Sequence record: SRR33789315_88
Direction: 5' to 3' (one strand)
DNA: 42,151 nt
Part shown: positions 39,301-42,151 of the stretch, piece after piece
How the letters are laid out: each line of letters opens with the position of its first letter
How positions within the stretch are numbered: position 1 is the stretch's first letter
Made by a program: the position numbers and the translations under genes
The notes under the pieces: model-generated
Databases searched by the model: none
What the model saw: the letters and a program-made list of their open reading frames with translations, nothing else
What the model was told of the DNA's origin: nothing

Positions 39301-39982
39301 TGAGGAATACGTCTTCAACCGTCGTTACGGTCAAGACTTACGTGATTGTGAACAGAAGTTTAAAAACTATAAGCTTGAGTATTCAAGACTTGGTGACATT
39401 AACTGGCAAGCGATCGAAGATTATGAGCGCCAGAAACTTCGTCATGACTTCTTAAGAGTCCAGGAAGTTGAACTTCGCCAGTCTCTAGAAGATCTTGAAA
39501 AAGCGATTGCTCACATTGATGAGAAGAGTAAGTTGAGATTTAAGGCGGCTTTTGAAGAAGTGGATACACGCTTTCAAAAAGTTTTCCCAATCATCTTTGG
39601 TGGTGGTAACGCTCGCCTGCAAGTTGTTGGTAACCTTGATGACTCTGAATGTGGTGTCGATATTATTGCTCAGCCACCTGGCAAGAAAATGCAGAATATT
39701 AACCTAATGTCCGGTGGTGAGAAAGCCATGACAGCAGTTAGCTTAATCTTCTCTATCTTCCTAGTTAAGCCATCACCATTCTGTCTTCTGGACGAAGTTG
39801 ATGCTCCACTTGATGATGCCAACGTTGGTCGCTTTAACGAGCTTCTTCGTGAGATGAGTCAGGAGAGTCAGTTCATCCTTATTACTCACAATAAGAAAAC
39901 CATGGAACTTAATGACACGCTTTATGGTGTGACCATGCAAGAGCCGGGTGTTTCAAATGCTGTTAGTGTTCAGCTTCACTAA
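36302..39982 (+). CDS. smc: Chromosome segregation protein SMC
   Basis: GFKSF, GPNGCGKSN, long coiled coils, MSGGEK, LLDEVDAPLD, ITH; start TTG 36302 after GGAGG rather than 36209. Confidence 0.97.
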   Translation: MKLKRLIVQGFKSFKDRTVIHFDDGITGIVGPNGCGKSNIVDALFWVMGEQSAKHLRGNSMKDVIFAGSSKYSPGSFAEATLVLENVHGKHIHIGNKVSSPTEIQLTRKLYRNGETEYRINNEPARLRDIQEVFMDTGAGAKSYSIIAQGEINRLVQAKPEERRTMIEEVAGITKFKMRKRESLKKIEATQSNLSRLNDLQAEIEKQLKALEKQAEKAERAKTLKEKIRRNELVTVSHRVFDLLKNLRDGATMVNEKRLEVESWTLEKEQFEVSLADERLNKDEQTDRIEEYQKEYNELSRNLAGAEERLNSLCREQSEKEKQLEQREKDLEEAKLEVANRTERLEKLFSEREEVEAQGREEHDFAALEEKVEALKEELELRNDTLSNLEEEVSVARKSLTDVDQQVFKNSSRLEEYSAQLQDLAAEIEALEKQYSGVSTQIADERDAVNETADQMEELTIQDQAHRQNLELLSTEVKELEKDHAIKSRELIQSESKLSSLIEINKSLEGVKAGAANFLEGRDDDAFSLLGNLIRSEEADTAGVQMLLADIVNTLIARDENGATELVSWLQGKEDISLDFLQGEAPKTSVESEERLRLQGLQDLRALNDVVQITEGYEARVRPLLHGLYLSNELTQTLASELSAQITYRGIAHPNGTVAIKNHHGVKVVSFAGAGAEENGVVARNNKIESLTIKVAELEGILSSLTEVLDAKRTTLEDLKFTADQVRENLSDVRADHAAKKSALEGKLAGMESGTSRLEILKKRKSETSKARVDLLESDDKLTKSQEQFKADLEEKESQFEALSEEASMLRDQFDSERQELLEKQAMAKGYNDRMASFVSQIEDVEAQIARLEQRVTTTEETIEKITTQIAETETELQSLEASNQEAASVLQDKEEALSMLKDQLVVLLQSMQEREDKVKELSKKIVANEKEMALHESKLGQWLTEEEQNVRDGFEKYRVDLRKTIGQFLEYTEDQYLELNDLSSMYQMESENGPVTLEAEEYVFNRRYGQDLRDCEQKFKNYKLEYSRLGDINWQAIEDYERQKLRHDFLRVQEVELRQSLEDLEKAIAHIDEKSKLRFKAAFEEVDTRFQKVFPIIFGGGNARLQVVGNLDDSECGVDIIAQPPGKKMQNINLMSGGEKAMTAVSLIFSIFLVKPSPFCLLDEVDAPLDDANVGRFNELLREMSQESQFILITHNKKTMELNDTLYGVTMQEPGVSNAVSVQLH

Positions 39983-40583
39983 GAAAAATATCTTTCTATT
40001 TCTGCTACTGGTTCTTTGGATGCCGGTAGCAGAGGCATTTTTACCTTCTGCTTTTCGTTGTCAATTTACTCAAGAAGAAAAAAGCCTGGTTTCAGGAAAA
40101 ATTAAAAAAAGTGAAGGCCAGATAGAATATCGCCAACCGGGCAGAATTCGTTTTGAAATACTAAAACCACATCAAATAGTCTTTGTCGGTAATCCCAAGC
40201 GTACTTGGTATTATTCAGCGCCTGCATTTGACGGAGAACCTGGTGAGGTCACAATCTCTAATGGTGCCCAACATCCGATTTTAAAATTCTTTGATATTTT
40301 ATCTAAGGGCTTAGTAAAAAATGATTCTTATGATGTTGTTAAGAAAGACGGAATCGCAACTCTCAATTTTTCAAAAGTTGCTAAAGAAGAATTTGGCTTA
40401 AAGAGTGCAGTTCTTACAATGGGTTCTGATTATACATTCCCAAGTCTAAAGAAGATTTCAGTTACTCTGTCCGACAATAAAACTATTGAGTTATTCTTAT
40501 CAAATTTAAAACCGAATGTTGCTTTACCTGAATCTGTATTTCGTTTTGATATTCCGGCCAATACTCGTCAAAACCGTCAGTGA
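39948..40583 (+). CDS. lolA: Outer-membrane lipoprotein carrier LolA family
   Basis: Signal peptide (AEA), FTQE...SEG...PGRIRFE...P, C-terminal FRFDIP. Start uncertain. Confidence 0.75.
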   Translation: MFQMLLVFSFTKKNIFLFLLLVLWMPVAEAFLPSAFRCQFTQEEKSLVSGKIKKSEGQIEYRQPGRIRFEILKPHQIVFVGNPKRTWYYSAPAFDGEPGEVTISNGAQHPILKFFDILSKGLVKNDSYDVVKKDGIATLNFSKVAKEEFGLKSAVLTMGSDYTFPSLKKISVTLSDNKTIELFLSNLKPNVALPESVFRFDIPANTRQNRQ

Positions 40584-42151
40584 AGATCATCTAAATCAAG
40601 TTTAAAGTCAGAGGATTTTTCTATTTGTTGATAGATAATCCAATTTCTAAGAACGAGTTTAACGTAGTTTCTGGTTTCTTCGTAGGCGATCCCTTCAATA
40701 AATTCAAAAACATCATTTCTATTTCGAACTCGATACCAATTTTGAATAGGTCCAGTTCCAGCATTGTATGCTGCAATGACGCCGACCATGCGCTTATTCA
40801 TTTTAGAGTTGAGCTCTTTAATATAAGCCGCACCAAGAAAAACATTTTTGCTTGGATCATAGAGATCATCAAAAGACTTATAATTTGTTTTGTGTTGCTT
40901 GCTTAATCTTAATGCTAGTTCTGGTATAAGCTGCATTAGACCAAAAGCATCAGCAGGACTTCTTGCTTCTGGATTAAAGGCAGACTCTTGTCTAATTATT
41001 GATTGCATCAAATAGGGATCGATGGAGAAATGTTCAGCTGCTTTAAAAACATCGTTTTTAAAAGACAATGGATAAAGAGCAGCTAAGTTCTCCGTCATGA
41101 AGTCAATATCGCGTGCCTCAGGATGGGAATAATAGACCCGAATTGCGCCGGCAGCATGATGGCATTTAATAAAACTATGGAGCCATTCTTGCTTTTCACT
41201 ATTACTAATTTTTTTCGAGCGCCAATCATCGAGATAATCTTTGCATAGTTCATATTGACCGACAGAAGCTAGCCATTCAACTTCAGCAGACTTTGGTGTT
41301 TCATCAAGGCTTGCGGTTATTGATTCAAAGGTTGCACCACTAGATACATGTGCCATAAGCCCATAGAAGTTGTAGGGACTTTTCTTGTAGAGATCTTGCC
41401 AGGTTTCTAGAGCTTCAGGAATGCGTCCTTGCTTATATAAGGCTTTACCTTGCCAAAAGGTTAGCTTTTCATAGAGCTCTTCACTAAGCTTGGAGCGTCT
41501 TAAATCAACAAAGGCAATAAACTCATCAAAATCACCGTCTAGATATAAAGTCCAAGCTAAATTCCACGAAGCATCATCGAGAATTTTTTGTTGTGTTGGC
41601 TCAAAGGCAATAGCATCTTTAAAAAGTATTTTCGCTTCACCATGATTTTTGGCTTCTAATTCAATCATGCCTCGAATCCAAGAGATAAGAGCCTTCATAT
41701 TTTGACTCATCGTCGGTAGGAATTCTTGAGCTTGTTTTAGTATTGAGTTGGCCACGGTTCTATTATTTTGTGTCCATTCAGCTCTAGCTTCTTGAACCAT
41801 AATATCAGCAAGTGCATCAATAATTTTATCGTCTTGATTCTTTTTTACAAGTTTTTGCAATTTGTTCTTAAGGGAATTCGTTTCTCTAAGGTGACCTGTT
41901 TTGTCTCTTCTGTTTTTAAACAGCTGGCGATAGCGATTGGCAGCACTAATCCATCTTGGAAAATCTTTAAGAGGATTTTCTTTAAGAATTTTTTTGTACC
42001 AAAATATTGCTTGGTCAAAATCTCTAGCTTTTTCAAAGTCTCTGGCAATATCGGGGTAAAGATCAGGAGTTGGTGAAGTGTTAAACCTTGGAGAGTACTT
42101 AAAAAGCTTATCTTGAGCCTGTTTTTTTAACTCTAGATTAGAGTCAAGTTT
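40577..42151 (-). CDS. Soluble lytic transglycosylase (Slt70-like, TPR + SLT), 5' truncated by window edge
   Basis: IIRQESAF, GLMQL, AAYNAG, ETRNYVK; the frame stays open from 41860 to the window end at 42151. Confidence 0.92.
   Translation of the reverse strand, partial: KLDSNLELKKQAQDKLFKYSPRFNTSPTPDLYPDIARDFEKARDFDQAIFWYKKILKENPLKDFPRWISAANRYRQLFKNRRDKTGHLRETNSLKNKLQKLVKKNQDDKIIDALADIMVQEARAEWTQNNRTVANSILKQAQEFLPTMSQNMKALISWIRGMIELEAKNHGEAKILFKDAIAFEPTQQKILDDASWNLAWTLYLDGDFDEFIAFVDLRRSKLSEELYEKLTFWQGKALYKQGRIPEALETWQDLYKKSPYNFYGLMAHVSSGATFESITASLDETPKSAEVEWLASVGQYELCKDYLDDWRSKKISNSEKQEWLHSFIKCHHAAGAIRVYYSHPEARDIDFMTENLAALYPLSFKNDVFKAAEHFSIDPYLMQSIIRQESAFNPEARSPADAFGLMQLIPELALRLSKQHKTNYKSFDDLYDPSKNVFLGAAYIKELNSKMNKRMVGVIAAYNAGTGPIQNWYRVRNRNDVFEFIEGIAYEETRNYVKLVLRNWIIYQQIEKSSDFKLDLDDLH

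Noticed and set aside
38889-39455. 188-aa alternative-frame ORF in smc and other short nested or antisense ORFs
   Set aside because: These are shadows of biased codon usage within well-supported genes, with no motifs or RBS.
41845-42151. Frameshift or pseudogene at the 5' part of the lytic transglycosylase
   Set aside because: The reading frame is open to the window edge; the short ORFs there are alternative-frame artefacts.

Overview
Bacterial chromosomal window, most likely from a predatory Bdellovibrionota (Bacteriovorax/Halobacteriovorax-like). This is inferred from RomR, a TadC-FHA cluster, a stand-alone mreB with a PilZ gene, and AT-rich codon usage. Most of it is core genome: the 3' end of a biotin-carboxyl-carrier gene, methylmalonyl-CoA mutase + meaB, an M16 peptidase, hemW-grpE-dnaK-dnaJ, an LpoA-like lipoprotein, amn, mreB, peptide ABC permeases + nagZ, tadC-DUF192-3xFHA-PP2C-romR, birA, rph-rdgB-tRNA-Pro, smc-lolA and a partial lytic transglycosylase. 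The most notable signals are not in the ORF track. (1) A structured minus-strand ncRNA candidate (~2318-2485) displays two single-stranded GU-repeat loops and ends in an intrinsic terminator; one loop has a perfect 14-nt complement just upstream of the smc ribosome-binding site. (2) Two diverged ~125-bp palindromic elements with compensatory base changes (156-283 and 2194-2318) bracket a three-gene accessory block. (3) An unannotated 33-aa Lys/Arg-rich protein gene has its own promoter and RBS (18142-18243, minus). All calls are by eye; no folding or database searches were run.
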